The notes: generated by a model not told the origin, from the letters alone. A DNA stretch of 63,957 nt, filler included, from Vezdaea acicularis (GCA_026025075.1; 3 parts of 3 records of this genome joined end to end with filler, not necessarily neighbours in it), one strand, 5' to 3'. Counted from the whole stretch's first letter, positions 1 through 12,473 are shown. Numbers and translations: made by a program.

Positions 1-268
1 GTTCCATCTTAAAGAGCCAGTTGTTGGCTCCGTCAGTATCCCTTTTGGCTCCGTCAAACTTTTCAGGGGCCTGCAACTTGGGTTTGTTGCCTGATGCATT
101 GAGAAGCTCAATGACAGTGGCCGTATCTAGTGTATTTCCGTTGTTTGAAGTCATATTAGGCGTTGACGGAGTGTCAATGGGTGGCTCTGATGTTGACGGA
201 GTACTGAAAGCTCTTCCGCCAAAGCCAAACACGTTAGGGATGCCAAGATTACCGTCCGACAATGCCAT
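1..268 (-). mobile_element. gag: Ty3/gypsy-type retrotransposon gag, N-terminal part (runs off window start)
   Basis: Minus-strand ATG at 268 opens a frame to the window edge: MALSDGNLG...NKPKLQAPEKFDGAKRDTDGANNWLFKME. The PEKFDG...W motif is typical of retrotransposon gag capsid N-termini. It lies just downstream of a PBS and LTR-like end. Missing from the ORF track because it is truncated. Confidence 0.75.
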
Positions 269-370
269 TTGAGTACGTTGATGGCTACAACGGGGCGATC
301 GCTACTATGTCTAGAGGATCTGATCGTATTTGATATGTTTATAGGGGTTTGTGGTCCTAAAACTCAAATA

Positions 371-385
371 GGGGTGTTGCTACCA
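371..385 (-). promoter_or_regulatory. Primer-binding site (probably initiator tRNA-Met)
   Basis: Minus strand reads ...ACTACA-T-TGGTAGCAACACCCC. TGGTAGC directly after an LTR-type CA end is complementary to the ...GCUACCA 3' end of initiator tRNA-Met. Confidence 0.65.
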
Positions 386-386
386 A

Positions 387-884
387 TGTAGTTGCGAAGC
401 CGCTGAGCTCGCGGTTACGGAGGCTCGCCTCTATAGGCGAGCCTGACTAAGCGGTACGTACAGCGTAGAATTTCCTTCTGCCTCAATCCCTTTTGCATAT
501 CCTGTCAAATCCGTCCAGGTACCTACAGTTAGCGCGGGAATCAATTACCTTGTGCTGGGTCTTAAATTTTATGCCAGAGGTGAAGTGCGGCTGAACTATC
601 TGAATCTGATTTGGGATAGTGAATGTATCTGTTGGAGGGCTACTGCGATGCAACTAATGGATGAGATCTATGGAATGTGTTCAGCCTGAGGAAGCAGACT
701 CTATGGGAATGAGCGTCCTGATATACATAGTGGTGTTCTACATCTGGGCAGAGGAAACAGTGGTGATGGAATGCGCTAGAACCTAGAGAAAGAAATCCAG
801 ATAATGGAATGCAGCAAACAGGGTAAGCAGCATACTGATTGTCTAACAGTATCTCATTCACGTTTAGCGAGATTGGAAATTACA
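387..884 (-). mobile_element. Putative 5' LTR (TGTA...TACA); outer end could alternatively be 987
   Basis: Inner terminus at 387 abuts the PBS. Candidate outer termini are ATTACA at 879-884 or TATTACA at 981-987. The second LTR is outside the window. Confidence 0.5.
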
Positions 885-1084
885 TAGTGCTGGGTTGTAG
901 CTACCGAATCAGAAACGGAGGTGTTGGCGTCGTAAAGTTGAATACTTCTTGATTGCTATTCTAGTAGAGACATACCTCTATATTACACAAGGTGAAGTAG
1001 AGCCATCCCAAAGGTTCCGTTGATTGAGACACGTTCCATGAACATTATACGTTACTCTATAAATAGCATTTCTCATAAATCAAA

Positions 1085-3530
1085 CTAATCAAGCTTCCCA
1101 TACTTGACGTCTGGCTCGACCCTTCCCAAACTCCTCGACCCATTCGCCGCCTCCTCCACAAAAATCAGCTGTACCTCTTCCTCTCCCAGACACTCCATCT
1201 CCTTCTGCTCCTCCAAACCACCCGAGTCCTCAATATCCTTATGCCTACTCCCGACTCCACCTTCCGTGCTGCCATGCCCTACGACAACAATTCTCGCCGC
1301 CTTGGCCCGTGTAGCCGCGCATTCGATGCCGCTGCATGTATCTCCCAGCGCTAGAGGGGCTTGAGGCGAGTTTATCAGTAGTGCGGCAAAATCTTCTAGG
1401 CGCTGCCAAGCGCTCAAGGTACGGCGACGGAAGATGGTATGAGCAGTGTGTATAGTGGCGATGACAATGTAAAGTGCCAGGATAGCTATGGCGCCAAAAT
1501 CTGTTGGCGCACGGGCTTTGAAGGCGTAGACTGAGAGGAGGAAGCGGTGTTAGCATTATTCGTTATGGTAAGAAGGAGATTGGGTAATAAATGTATCAAT
1601 CAGGGAAAGTTTAGAGAGAAGTGTCATTGGATACTAGAACGAGCAAGGGTGGCTTACTGCCCAGGAGATTTCCGTCCAATTGCATCTTTGTAAAATTCTC
1701 CGCGTCAGGCGGGGGGCCCGATTTTATTATTTGCTGAATTTGATTATCAGGTGCATAGTTTGTACCATTTGCATAGAAGATTGTGGATTCGAGCTGACGA
1801 GAATAGCCTATTCGAGAGATTCCGTCGGCGACCAAAGTGGAAACAGCAGTCTCGTAGAAATTGTAATTGTAATTGAGCATATATTTAGTCAGTGGTATAA
1901 TCCTATAATCCATGCTCATGAATATGTTGCTGATTGTTGAAGCTGGTTTCGTAAGACTCAGGGTTGGTGACAGGTAGGGCACAACTGGAGTTAAAGCATT
2001 CAAGAAATCAAGATCGGCCGTAATGCGGAGCCAGCTGCCATTTTTCGGGAGAAACGCATGATCCTGGGTTTCGACTGGACTCGTGTAACTCTTTTTGGGT
2101 AGCTTGAATGGACGTTCATCCAAAGCTCTGGTTGAGATGGCAGCGTTTAAATACCTATCACTTTGCTGGCTAGAGGCTTGGGCCCACCGAGCATCAACTG
2201 CGCAGGCTAGGATGGAGCGGATTGAAGAAGAAGTATTGGCCATAGCTTCCATGATAATCAGCTTAGCGGTAAAAACCCCATCTGTGTTATTGATCCACAC
2301 TGTCTTCACTATATCAGGATCTTTAAAACCTGGACCGTCTTGTCCGAAAGCATTGGGCCCAAGAGTGGTAGACAAACTCCCGTTGTAGGTATAAGTTTCG
2401 AACTCTTTGAGGTCAGGGAAGTCAATGACTGTAGTGTCTGTTGTGACATTATGCTGGAGACAGACTGTCCTTACGGCAGTCATGTTGCTGTTCACCGTGG
2501 ATGAACGACCGTTACTATTGAATTTGAAAAACCATGACGGATCCCACCAAAGCTGCCATTGCCTCAAGGCAGTAGCCATATGAGGAGCAAAGGCCCATGT
2601 TTCTTCTGAGGGAGTGTTCACAGTTGGTTCCTTGCCGCCTATGACGCGCATCAATTTTGGCTCATGCATCACCAGCTCCCAGTCCCGGAAGAAGAAGCCT
2701 GGCATGCTACTGAAAAAATTAAGAATCTTCGGGTAACCCATAGACACACAACCAACATTAGAGATGCTTGCAGAGAGGTTGCAAGTCTCATTATTCTGGG
2801 CTTGAACAAAGTCGCCGATGTGAGCTGAAGTCAGGTTCACTGGCCAGAGATCATCAGAAGTTCCATTCAGCCAAAATGCGGGGTTATAAATCGGTTGATC
2901 CTTTGACCAAAGTTAGCTTATCTGCAGATAGACACTCTCAATTGACTTACCACCGGCCTCGGAATGAGTAGAAGAGCACTTGCTGGGCCTACTATCAGGG
3001 TTATGAGCCCAAACAGGAGGATGTAAAGAACAAACAAAATGCGTAACCAGGGCCTTGGGCTTCCTAATGTGCCTATCCATACGGACCGCGAAAAGAAATA
3101 CCCTAGCTTCATAAACGAAAAAGGCGACACCATTAGCGTAAGAGACAAGCCATCGCCGTGTACCATTTGATGCCAGACGAGTTGGAAGACGATGGTCGTG
3201 AGGCTACCAGCAACAAGAAGGTCCTAAATTGCTTTGGTCAGACTCCATACTGGCTAGAATGAGGGATTGGTTTACCAGAAGTTTGGCTGCAAATTGTAAC
3301 AACGCTAAAGTGTACGTCGGCGTCCATAGTCCTGAGATGTAGCTTAAGTCTGGTCCGACATACCGTCCGACTGCGTTTATGACGATAAGGCTTATGCATA
3401 TCGCAATTGGCGCAATGTGCACGATACTATATAGTATTGCTTTCTTGTATGAGGTATGTATGATCGCTTTCTTCTTTTCCGAAATCATATGTGGTTTCTC
3501 AAGGCTCCGCTTTTGCAACGTGGAAGTCAA
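1085..3530 (-). CDS. Multi-exon uncharacterised fungal membrane protein
   Basis: ORFs 3204-3530, 2918-3166, 1611-2840 and 1085-1417 are collinear with intron-sized gaps. TM helices at both ends flank a luminal region rich in N-glycosylation sequons; the C-terminal W..LE...L..NS.....L..TC.GI motif is seen in many fungal hypothetical proteins. Start approximate. Confidence 0.65.
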
Positions 3531-3978
3531 TCTGATAGGAAGTCACTCAGGCATATTCTCGAAATTACGTGCAGAGCAATGATAGCACGTCAAGGAATAT
3601 TGCGATGCGCCGTCACCAGCTTCACATCCTGAGCTTTATACATGCTCCTCTTGACGAACCCCTTTCAGCCTTGTGAAACGCTGACGAGTGTAACGCTGGG
3701 GGTAAAAATATCACATCCTTAGAGGTCACCAATGGGAACGTGGATAGTAGCACATTCACCTAGCACATTCAGCTCCCGCTGTCACCTTGATTCCAAAAAT
3801 AGAAGTGGGGCTTATCTTTTAATTGAAAGCCCGAATCGAACAAAGTAACCCATCCGCGCCACGTCTTCTGGCTGGAGCAACTTTGCCCCCCTCGTATTTC
3901 TGCTCCCAACCAATTGATTTATTCAGACACGAAAAGTAGTAACCAACATTAAGCCCTGGACTTGGCTAAGATACTGCG

Positions 3979-4038
3979 CCTCAGTGCTCCCCCCACTCCC
4001 TCGGTGCTCCCTCAGTGCTTCCTCACTGCTCCCTCTGA
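3979..4038. repeat. Degenerate ~11-bp tandem repeat (CCTCAGTGCTC)
   Basis: cctcagtgctc...cctcggtgctc cctcagtgctt cctcactgctc cctctg. Confidence 0.6.
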
Positions 4039-5764
4039 AGCGACCCTGCTACCTTTCCCGTCCGGAACAGCAATCTCGCATCCTGAGTTCGGGGTGTGTA
4101 TAATATATATATATCAAGCCCTAACAAGGGTTTGATTGAATAGTTGTCATCTCCATCGCGATCTGCGGGCTGGGCTGAGCGAAGCCACATTTCATCTACC
4201 GCGCACAACAGCCACACCAGACACTATCCTTGGCCACATTCTCTAGGTAGAGAGCGATTTGTTAAATTCGTGCTCTTCTGGATGGAATCACCCCCTAATC
4301 AGTGGACTGCACCCTGTAACTATAGAAAAACGACTTCTGTTACAGAGCTCAGGCATCGCAGCCACTTGACGGTACATCGTTCACCCTTCTGGTGGAGATA
4401 TATTAACCACAATGTCAAGCAGACTCGAAGGTAGACAGATGGGAGAACAGATTCTGAGGTCGTGCAAAATGCAAAACAAAGCCCTCAACATCGGCCAACC
4501 CTGCCATGGACCTCATTGAATTCATGATTGGCTACTATGTCCAATAATGCCCACCACGAAGACTCAGCTGATTATGGCGACATCAACGACGAAGACCACC
4601 TGCTTGCTGAGTCGAGCTACCATGAAGTTTCTAGTTCAATAAAACAGACCACTCCCGCACATTTCGAGAATTATCCTGACTTGAAAAAGGGAGAGGTCCA
4701 TGGCGATCAAAGCACAATCAATTTGTCACTACTGTAAAAACGCAGTGGCATCCGCATAGGGCGCGCTGGCGCGTCCTAGACGGCTGTCCTTGCTTAGACG
4801 CCAACGGCGCTCAGGGTGCGCTTAGTCAGCGCGCCCCTGGCATATATATCGAGTAGGTTCTGCTAGGGACGCGGCATCAAATAGTTTTGGTCCATAGCTA
4901 GTTCTTAGAATCTATTCATGCAATCGCAGTTCATCCATTATATCACTATACCCCTATATCTACATAGCTTCGTGATATTGCTAGCTACCGCCGGCGGTCC
5001 GCATACCCCCATAGTCTAGTCAACGCGCAGTAGCATTGCAGGCAGATCGCAGGCCGCGCCCAGCCTACCACGCTCTCGAAATCAGGGGCAGCTATTGTGC
5101 CCGTCCTTACAATTTTATAGTATTTTCCCATTTTTATTTATGACAGTGATTGTGTTATATATATCTATTGCTTGCTAAATGCAGTTATCTTGCAAACTAA
5201 ATCACAAAAAAGTAGATTTGTGACAATAAGCACATAAAAAGACTATTAATCTTTTTTATGTTATCATATATATATTCATTATTATCATCATAATTTTATC
5301 AATTATTTTTCAATTGTTAATATCTAATCTATTGAATATTCACATAAATATTTCCGAAAGAACAATCGTATGAACGCTAACTGTTAGCCTTGATGATGGC
5401 CATGTCATGTGGCGGATTTAATAGATCTACTCTAGCTCATCCTGTTTGATCCATATATTTGACAACGTAGTTAAAGGCTAAAATATTTATTGATAGTGTA
5501 TTGAGCGACGCTCACTGCTCATTGTTCCCTCGTCGTGTGAGAGCCAAGTATCTATGAATCCCGCATCCGGTAGAAAAAAAAGAGAAGCGAAAAATGCGAT
5601 AAAGTAGTGAGCGCCTAATGCGGGACGGCCCATCTTCTTCTCCGTAGTCCAATACTAGACTTTCGAGCAACAAAAGGTTGGATAAGCTTTTACTCATCTT
5701 ATTAGATTGCACACGCGAGTCAGGATCCTAACCTGCTTCGAAAGTCCAGCAAGACCTGGCAAAA

Positions 5765-6161
5765 ATGTCAAAGGACTCGAATCGCACTTATGTACATCTC
5801 AATCAGCCTCGTATTGCTGATGTGTTTGAGGTATACCTATCCAAAATACCCAATTCAAGCCTTTGGCTTAATGCTTTGCTAGGATTTCTGCCGGGACAAG
5901 CTTCCTGATGACGAGGTTTATGTGCCACCACAACACCAACCTATCAACCCCGAGGACGAAGATGACGGTATTTTACAATCCTAGCTTGTACCGCAGAGAT
6001 CCCTTGGCTGATTATTTGAAGTAATACCTGATCAACATGCCGCGTTTGGAATCACACGAGCTACGCAGAAGACCCGCGAGCCAGCATGGAAAGACCTTGG
6101 CCTGAACGAATTAATGAGGCAGGCGCCGAATGAGGGGCCATCAGTCAAGATGCCTAGATAG
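5765..6161 (+). CDS. APC13: Anaphase-promoting complex subunit Apc13/Swm1 (3 exons)
   Basis: Exons 5765-5830, 5883-5967 and 6022-6161 splice in frame (GT..AG) to MSKDSNRTYVHLNQPRIADVFEDFCRDKLPDDEVYVPPQHQPINPEDEDDVIPDQHAAFGITRATQKTREPAWKDLGL, matching fungal Apc13 (LP.D.I/V..P and W.DLGL motifs). Confidence 0.85.
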
Positions 6162-6363
6162 TCGACCTAGGCGTCATGCCGAGGCATCTAGCCCTACGCA
6201 GGCACTGAGAACCTTCTTGTCGCTGCTTCATCTAATCGCTTTACTGCTGGCTCAGTCCGGTACCTTGCGGAAGACCTAGTGTAATGCCAAGTCGGCTATA
6301 GCACGTTCGTGCGGGGGATCAGATCCATTACTACCGTCTTTAGACAGCAAAATTCAATAAACT

Positions 6364-8483
6364 CTAGATCCTCAAGATGTCGACTCGTGTTCTTTCAAAA
6401 ACCTTATGCAGTATCATCTCTCCCATCGCCCTTTCCTCGTCCGTCACTTTTAAAGGATACATAGTTAGCTGTGCATACGTGCCAGGGCCCTTTCTCTTGG
6501 ACAGCGAGCCTGGGTTGATGACTAGCACATTTTCTACAACCTTTACAAAGTATGGTAGAGCGCTTGGTGTGATGAGAATATCCGGCCTCGCATTGAGCCA
6601 TTCACCTAGCTTGAGATAGCTGATATCGAGCATCGCCCCGGTTGCGAGGCCATTGGCTCCCGACTTTGGCAAATTTGCCCGGCTTGATGGAGGAAACAGA
6701 GGAAAGAAATGTCTTTGCTCAATAAGATGCCGAGGCAATCTTGCGAGCAGGTTTAGCTGGCTGGCTGTGCCACTAACAGCCTCTTCTTGCCGAAGCTCAT
6801 ACAAAATGTCTTGAGCGGAAATTCCTATAAGACACTCATTGAAAGTGATGCTGACGGGGTTAGAGACGCTGACAGCTCGCCTCGGTAGGCCTAATTCTTT
6901 CCTTGGAAGGGGCTCTTGTGGCCACGAGACATGCCTGCTGACAGCGTCTCGGACTGACGGTAGGATTATGATGGTAATGTTTGGGACCGCTCGGGCAAGA
7001 CTCTGAAGAGGCGCAGATATGAGCGATTTGAACACCGTGATGAGAGATGCATCATCCCCTTCGGCTAACTCATCTGGCAAGTCAAAATCCCCAGAGGCAA
7101 TTAGGGGATGCTCTAAATCCAAGAACGGGCCAGTAAGAATAATTGCATCGGCATATGTCCCGCTGGCCTTTTCACACAACGCCTTTAATGGTTCAAAATC
7201 AAGATTATCGTCCGCCGTATATGGACCTGAAGCTAGCAGAACATTGAGTGGTTGAGGCTCTTCAAGTTCCATTGAGTCTGGCCCTCCGCCCATTCGTGCT
7301 ATATGCGAGTCTAGGGCTGACAGTGGGGAGACAGCGGGAGGTAGCAATGGCACTTCCAACAATTCTTTGACAGTGAAATGTTCGCCAGAGGCATTGATGC
7401 CACGTAGGGCAACAATTTGACCAGGAAAGAATGCAAAACCAGAGACATCATCTAGCTTTAGGGGCACCCTCAGACCGGCTCCCATCCGACGCGATGTCTC
7501 TAGAACCAGGGACGCCACATTGAGTTTCGACTCTGGAGAGTCGGATGCGATCCGACCAATCGCAACGATCTCATTTATTGATTGACTTGATGGATTGCCG
7601 AAAGCGCTCTCATCTAGTCCGTGATGGCTCTGGAATAGAGCCATGTACTCGTCTATTCGATCGTCCAGTACTTCAGACGCTTCCGAGAGGTGCATCGCCA
7701 TTGGTCTGTACGAGAATTTTGTGAGGTCCGTGTTTGTCCCTAATTTAATACGTGATGTAGCGAAGGGAGCGATCATGGGTTCTGAGAGGGGCAATTGATC
7801 GTTGAGAGTCTCAACAGTTTGGCCCGCATTGCTGCGGTCTGCGAATCTTGCGTGCCTACGTTGCTATGAGTAAATATAGGCTGCCTTGATGTATGATGCG
7901 CTTACTGGGTTACATGTGGTGCCGTATATTCTTTATTGCCCCGTGCCTTGGACTCAGTGGTAGTAGTTGAAGAGGCATCGTGGCTCACGATGGAAACCGA
8001 AGGAGAGTCGAAAGTCGCTTTGCGTTTGGCCGCGCTGCTGTTAAGTCTGGAAGCGGAGGATACGTGGGGCGTATTGGGTAGAAGTCCATCAATCCTAGGA
8101 TATTGGGTTAGCACTGTATCCTAGAGAAAAGACGCTACAGTATCAGACAAATTGTAGACATCCGCCCCACCAGCTGCCGCCCGCGGGGTCGACGGTACCC
8201 CGCTTCTTTTACCATTATTTCGAGTGTGAACCTTTCCTCGACTTTCCCGCTCTAAGCTTTCTTGAACATCCGTTTTGAATGCGCGGGTAGTGTCTAGATC
8301 CAGCTTTGTCTCTTCCGAGCCCATCTTGATGCTGTAGGACTCCCATTTGTAGAAGAGCTCTTGTGGAGAGAGGGAATGTAATCGAAGTATAGATCGAAGC
8401 TCACCAAGCACGTCTGAGGGCAGCTCAGTGGTGGGAGGATGTGCGAAGAGCGCATTGAGCTCTGTTGTTATGGAATCCTCCAT
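6364..8483 (-). CDS. POL12: DNA polymerase alpha/primase B subunit
   Basis: N-terminal LRLHSLSPQELFYKWESY domain, FFPGQIVALRGIN, ASGPYT...GPFLD phosphoesterase-like domain and INPG motif. ORFs 8121-8483, 7902-8114 and 6364-7794 are joined by introns. Confidence 0.95.
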
Positions 8484-8563
8484 CGTGCATCAAGTATTAT
8501 CAATGTCGAGACTATTGCGCAGGAAAAAATCATTTACTCTGTCTTGTGAAGGCATCTTGGGAG

Positions 8564-8574
8564 ACGCGACGCGT
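8564..8574. promoter_or_regulatory. Tandem MCB-like elements (ACGCGACGCGT) in the POL12 promoter
   Basis: Overlapping ACGCG/ACGCGT about 80 bp upstream of a DNA-replication gene, with another ACGCG near 8589. MCB/MBF control of S-phase genes is conserved in ascomycetes. Confidence 0.6.
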
Positions 8575-8759
8575 TTGGTTTATGATTTACGCGAGCTGTT
8601 GGGGGCAGGGATAAGTCAAGCTCCAGGGTCAAGCCGCAATTGGCCGCTTATTAGACTTTTTTACAGTCAGACCTACCTACCACATTCATGAGAGTGTGTT
8701 TCTCAATTGGTACATCTTGGTCTGGGTTTCGGTCGAGGCCACTGGGAGAAAGATAATTC

Positions 8760-9875
8760 GTGATGGCAACAACAACTGCAGAACCTCTGAACTCGGCAGC
8801 CATGCCCGAAAAAATGGTTGAGTCGAATGCTGCAAAGCTCGCCGGTGGCATGGAGACTCTGGTCAAGACGCCCTTCGATTCACCACCTCTTGGAATCGCA
8901 CCATTGGGGAGACCAGATTTGACAGTGGAACAACGAACAAAGTATCAATCAGTGCTCAAAGTTGCATCTGAGTGGACCATGATACCAACAACCTCCACGA
9001 AGGACGCTCCTGAGGAGCCTATTACTGAAGATGAACGTATGTGGCTGACGCAGGAATGCCTTCTTCGTTATCTTCGAGCTTCAAAGTGGAATATAGATGA
9101 AGCTTCAAAACGTTTACTTGCAACGTTGACATGGCGAAGAGAGTATGGTGTTGCAAACATTACTGCGGACTATATATCGATCGAGAGTGAGACAGGAAAG
9201 CAATTCATCTTGGGATACGATAATGCGGCAAGGTCATGCTTGTATATGGTTCCATCAAAGCAGAATACCGATAGGACGCCTAGACAGATCCAACACTTGG
9301 TATTCATGCTCGAGCGGACTATTGATTTGATGCCTCCTGGCCAAGACACTCTGGCGATCCTGATTAACTTCAAAAATATGAGTAGCGGTCAAGGCGCGAC
9401 AGTTGCTCAGGGTCGGGAGACTCTGAATATTCTTCAAAATCACTATCCCGAGAGAATGGGACGGGCTCTAGTCATCAATCTACCTTGGGTTGTTTGGGTG
9501 TTTTTCAAAGCTATCACTCCTTTCATCGACCCTAACACAAAAGAAAAGATTGTTTTTAATGACGACCTGAGAAAACACGTCCCCCAAAGTCAGTTGTGGA
9601 CCAATCTTGGCGGCGATTGCAACTTCGAATATGATCACAAGATATATTGGCCTGCGCTAAACAACTTGGCGGCGGAGAAAAGGAAAATAATGAAGGACAA
9701 TTGGATCAAAGGTGGCAAGAGGGTTGGAGAGCACGAGAGCTATTTGAAGGGCGGAACGGAAAAAAGCCTTGCAGAATCTGAAGTTGCTGAGACAGCAGGC
9801 GCCAAATTGCCCGAGAGCAACGGCACAGCTGAGAAAATAGAGCCAGACGCATCGAGCTTGAAGGTGGAAACGTAA
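8760..9875 (+). CDS. PDR16: Sec14/CRAL-TRIO lipid transfer protein (Pdr16/Pdr17-like)
   Basis: WLTQECLLRYLRASKW...TLTWRREYG, ETGKQ, ILQNHYPERMG, PFIDP.TKEK motifs. Confidence 0.9.
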   Translation: MMATTTAEPLNSAAMPEKMVESNAAKLAGGMETLVKTPFDSPPLGIAPLGRPDLTVEQRTKYQSVLKVASEWTMIPTTSTKDAPEEPITEDERMWLTQECLLRYLRASKWNIDEASKRLLATLTWRREYGVANITADYISIESETGKQFILGYDNAARSCLYMVPSKQNTDRTPRQIQHLVFMLERTIDLMPPGQDTLAILINFKNMSSGQGATVAQGRETLNILQNHYPERMGRALVINLPWVVWVFFKAITPFIDPNTKEKIVFNDDLRKHVPQSQLWTNLGGDCNFEYDHKIYWPALNNLAAEKRKIMKDNWIKGGKRVGEHESYLKGGTEKSLAESEVAETAGAKLPESNGTAEKIEPDASSLKVET

Positions 9876-10304
9876 GGTCACGCGGTTTTTTAAAGAGCGA
9901 TGCATATAGCACACTTGATACCTCACGCTAAAAAAGGTAGGTATGTACATCATGATTGATTGATGGATGTTGAAGAGCAATAGAGGATTAGGACGATCAA
10001 GGATTATCAGGAGTAGAGCATGGCCTTAGAGTTTCGAGAATAGACTATAAATCTCACCCAGATGTATCGTACTCTTATGCATCATGTGGAGCGTCGTTGA
10101 AGTTCCCTATTCGAGTGTATGTCGTCTCTCAGATCGACTGGCTTGACCATGATGTAGCGAGTGAGAAGGCACGCGAATCTTTCATGTCACACTTGAAATA
10201 ACACAAAATGGCGTAGAGTATACCGCAAAGGAACTTGACGCTACATGGGTCTGCTAAGTCCCTGAATCATACACTACGCCATCATTTCACGCTTCTTTAC
10301 TATC

Positions 10305-11077
10305 ATGGCGTCTATGCAATCGAAGAAACCACTTCCAGGCGCAGCTGCAGATCAAAGGCCCGGGCCCGTCCAACGAGCTTCAACGACGGGCCTTAAGGTC
10401 CCCACGAACAAGAAGACAATCTATGACCGTAACTTAAATCGAAGCCGGACCGCGGAACTTAGCCGTGCGAGTTTTGCGTTCCTGTTCTCGGAAATGGTGA
10501 GTTACGCGCAAAAGCGTGTGAGCGGAATTGCGGATCTAGAAAAAAGGTACATGCTAGAGAAAGCCACCGCCCCTTTTGCGCGAGGAGCGACATTTGAGCC
10601 TCTCGAAACCTTGCAAATACTCTCTGACTAGATGTCTATAGACTCAATAATCAAGGCTACCCTATCGGCATGCGCCTCCTGGACTTACTCCTCTACCGCG
10701 AGCCTGCCCGCTCTCAACAACGTCCGACACGGATTCTACCTCTCCTCACCTTCCTCTCGCAAACTCTCTGGCGCCATCTGTTCTCCCGCCCTGCTGACGC
10801 CGTCGAGTCCGCGACAGATAACGAGCGGCAATATATGATATCTGACAATGAGCCCTTGGTCAATCAATATATCAGTGTGCCGAAAGAGATGAGTGCGTTA
10901 AACTGCGCAGCTTTTGTGGCAGGCATAATTGAAGGTGTGTGTGATGGTGCAGGGTTCACAGCAGAAGTCACGGCGCAAAGTGTTCCGAGCGAGATGTGGC
11001 CTGGGAGGACGATCTTCGTTATTGAATTCAAAGAGGGCATTGTGGAGAGAGAGGCCGTTCTGGGACCATTGAAATAG
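10305..11077 (+). CDS. TRS31: TRAPP complex subunit Trs31 (TRAPPC5), one intron ~10547-10641
   Basis: SRASFAFLFSEMVSYAQ...YISVPKEMSALNCAAFVAGIIEGVCDGAGF.AEVTA. Confidence 0.93.
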
Positions 11078-11192
11078 GAGGTACGGGGTCATATGGGCGG
11101 CGTTCATAGAGGGCAATTTGATCAGCATATTAGAGGCGTCACAACAACATATGTACTCAAACACTCATCAGTGTTTCATTACAGTAAAACCT

Positions 11193-12473
11193 TCATTCGG
11201 CTACCTGATGTCTGTTGATTCTTCTCCGCTTCTCGTCTTGTCCGGGCTGCGGACTCGGACTTCTTTTCCTCCTCTCCCTGACCTCAACTGTGTTGGCACC
11301 AGTGCCCTCCTTCCCTGCGCTATCGGGTGCAAACCTCTTGTCTCCCCTATCAGGTTCGAACCTGTCGTCTCTACCCTTCCCGGAAATGCCTACGCCGCCC
11401 CTTTTCTCACCAAACTCACCCCATCGGCCCGTATCCTCGTTCTTCAAGTCCTTGTATTTTGTCCTGCCCTTCTTTCCTAGCTTTGTCATATCCCTAATCT
11501 GCATGTACTGAGGTAGGATGTCCTTATTAGAGTCGTCTGCAAATTTGGCACCCATAATATCCCGCCTATCAAGCCCTGCCTCCTTAGAGTCGTCTTGAAA
11601 GAACGCCCCTTTATGGAAATACTTCTGCATGAATCCCATTTTACCCCTATTTTCCCTCTCCTCGTTCTGCTGTGCAATACGAGCGGCGTCCTCGGCATCT
11701 CTCTCTTCCTTCGGAAGATTCCGTATTCGTTCGATTTCTTCTAATTCTGCTTCGCGCTGCTCAATTTCCTCTCGCGCCCTCTTTATTCGCTTTAACTCGC
11801 GGAGCTTCCAAGCTGCATATTCGGCTTCTGGGTCTAGACCATCGGTGTCGTCGATATCATCAATTTCATCGCCTTCGTCGTCGTCCCAATTCTTTTTCGC
11901 TGCGGCCTTGGCTTCTGCTGCCTTTTGGAGCTGCTCTTGGATTAGAGCATCGGCCGCTTCTTTGCGCTTTCGGTCCTCTTCGAGTATTTTCACTTCCGCA
12001 ACTGCGCCTGTATCCGCGCAAGCCTCATTGACCTTGCGCCTGTCTTTCTTTATGAACGTCGGCCGCACCAGAACTCTTTTAGGTGCCTCTTCTTCGCTGC
12101 TGTCCCCTTCCTCGCTCTCTGAGCTTTCTCCATCATCTCCAGTATCTTCATCCTCCTCACTTTCTTCGGTCACAAAACCTTCCTCATTCTTAGCCCTTTC
12201 CACTTGCTCAGCTTTTAACCGGACTTCTTCTGCGGCGGCAGCTTCTGCGCGCCGTTTATTAAGGTCGACGTTCTTGAGATTGTTGGCTATCCGCGTTGAG
12301 TCTGAGGGAAATGAAGTGGCTTTGGGTGGAGTTGTGACACTTTTTTCAGGTTCCTCTGTGGTATCTTCTTCTGCTTCATCTTCCTCGGAGGAAGAGTGTT
12401 CCTCTGCAACGGGTTTTCCCGGTCGGTATCGAGCTGGTCGAGTGGGGTTCGCGGTCATGCGCTTTGGAGGCAT
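11193..12473 (-). CDS. Microfibrillar-associated protein 1 / spliceosomal MFAP1 (Spp381/Saf3-like)
   Basis: DDTDGLDPEAEYAAWKLRELKRIKR, FMQKYFHKGAFFQD, GRTKYKDL..EDT motifs. Confidence 0.93.
   Translation of the reverse strand: MPPKRMTANPTRPARYRPGKPVAEEHSSSEEDEAEEDTTEEPEKSVTTPPKATSFPSDSTRIANNLKNVDLNKRRAEAAAAEEVRLKAEQVERAKNEEGFVTEESEEDEDTGDDGESSESEEGDSSEEEAPKRVLVRPTFIKKDRRKVNEACADTGAVAEVKILEEDRKRKEAADALIQEQLQKAAEAKAAAKKNWDDDEGDEIDDIDDTDGLDPEAEYAAWKLRELKRIKRAREEIEQREAELEEIERIRNLPKEERDAEDAARIAQQNEERENRGKMGFMQKYFHKGAFFQDDSKEAGLDRRDIMGAKFADDSNKDILPQYMQIRDMTKLGKKGRTKYKDLKNEDTGRWGEFGEKRGGVGISGKGRDDRFEPDRGDKRFAPDSAGKEGTGANTVEVRERRKRSPSPQPGQDEKRRRINRHQVAE

Noticed and set aside
21..272. 83-aa plus-strand ORF
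   Set aside because: Antisense to the gag-like frame; no recognisable motif.
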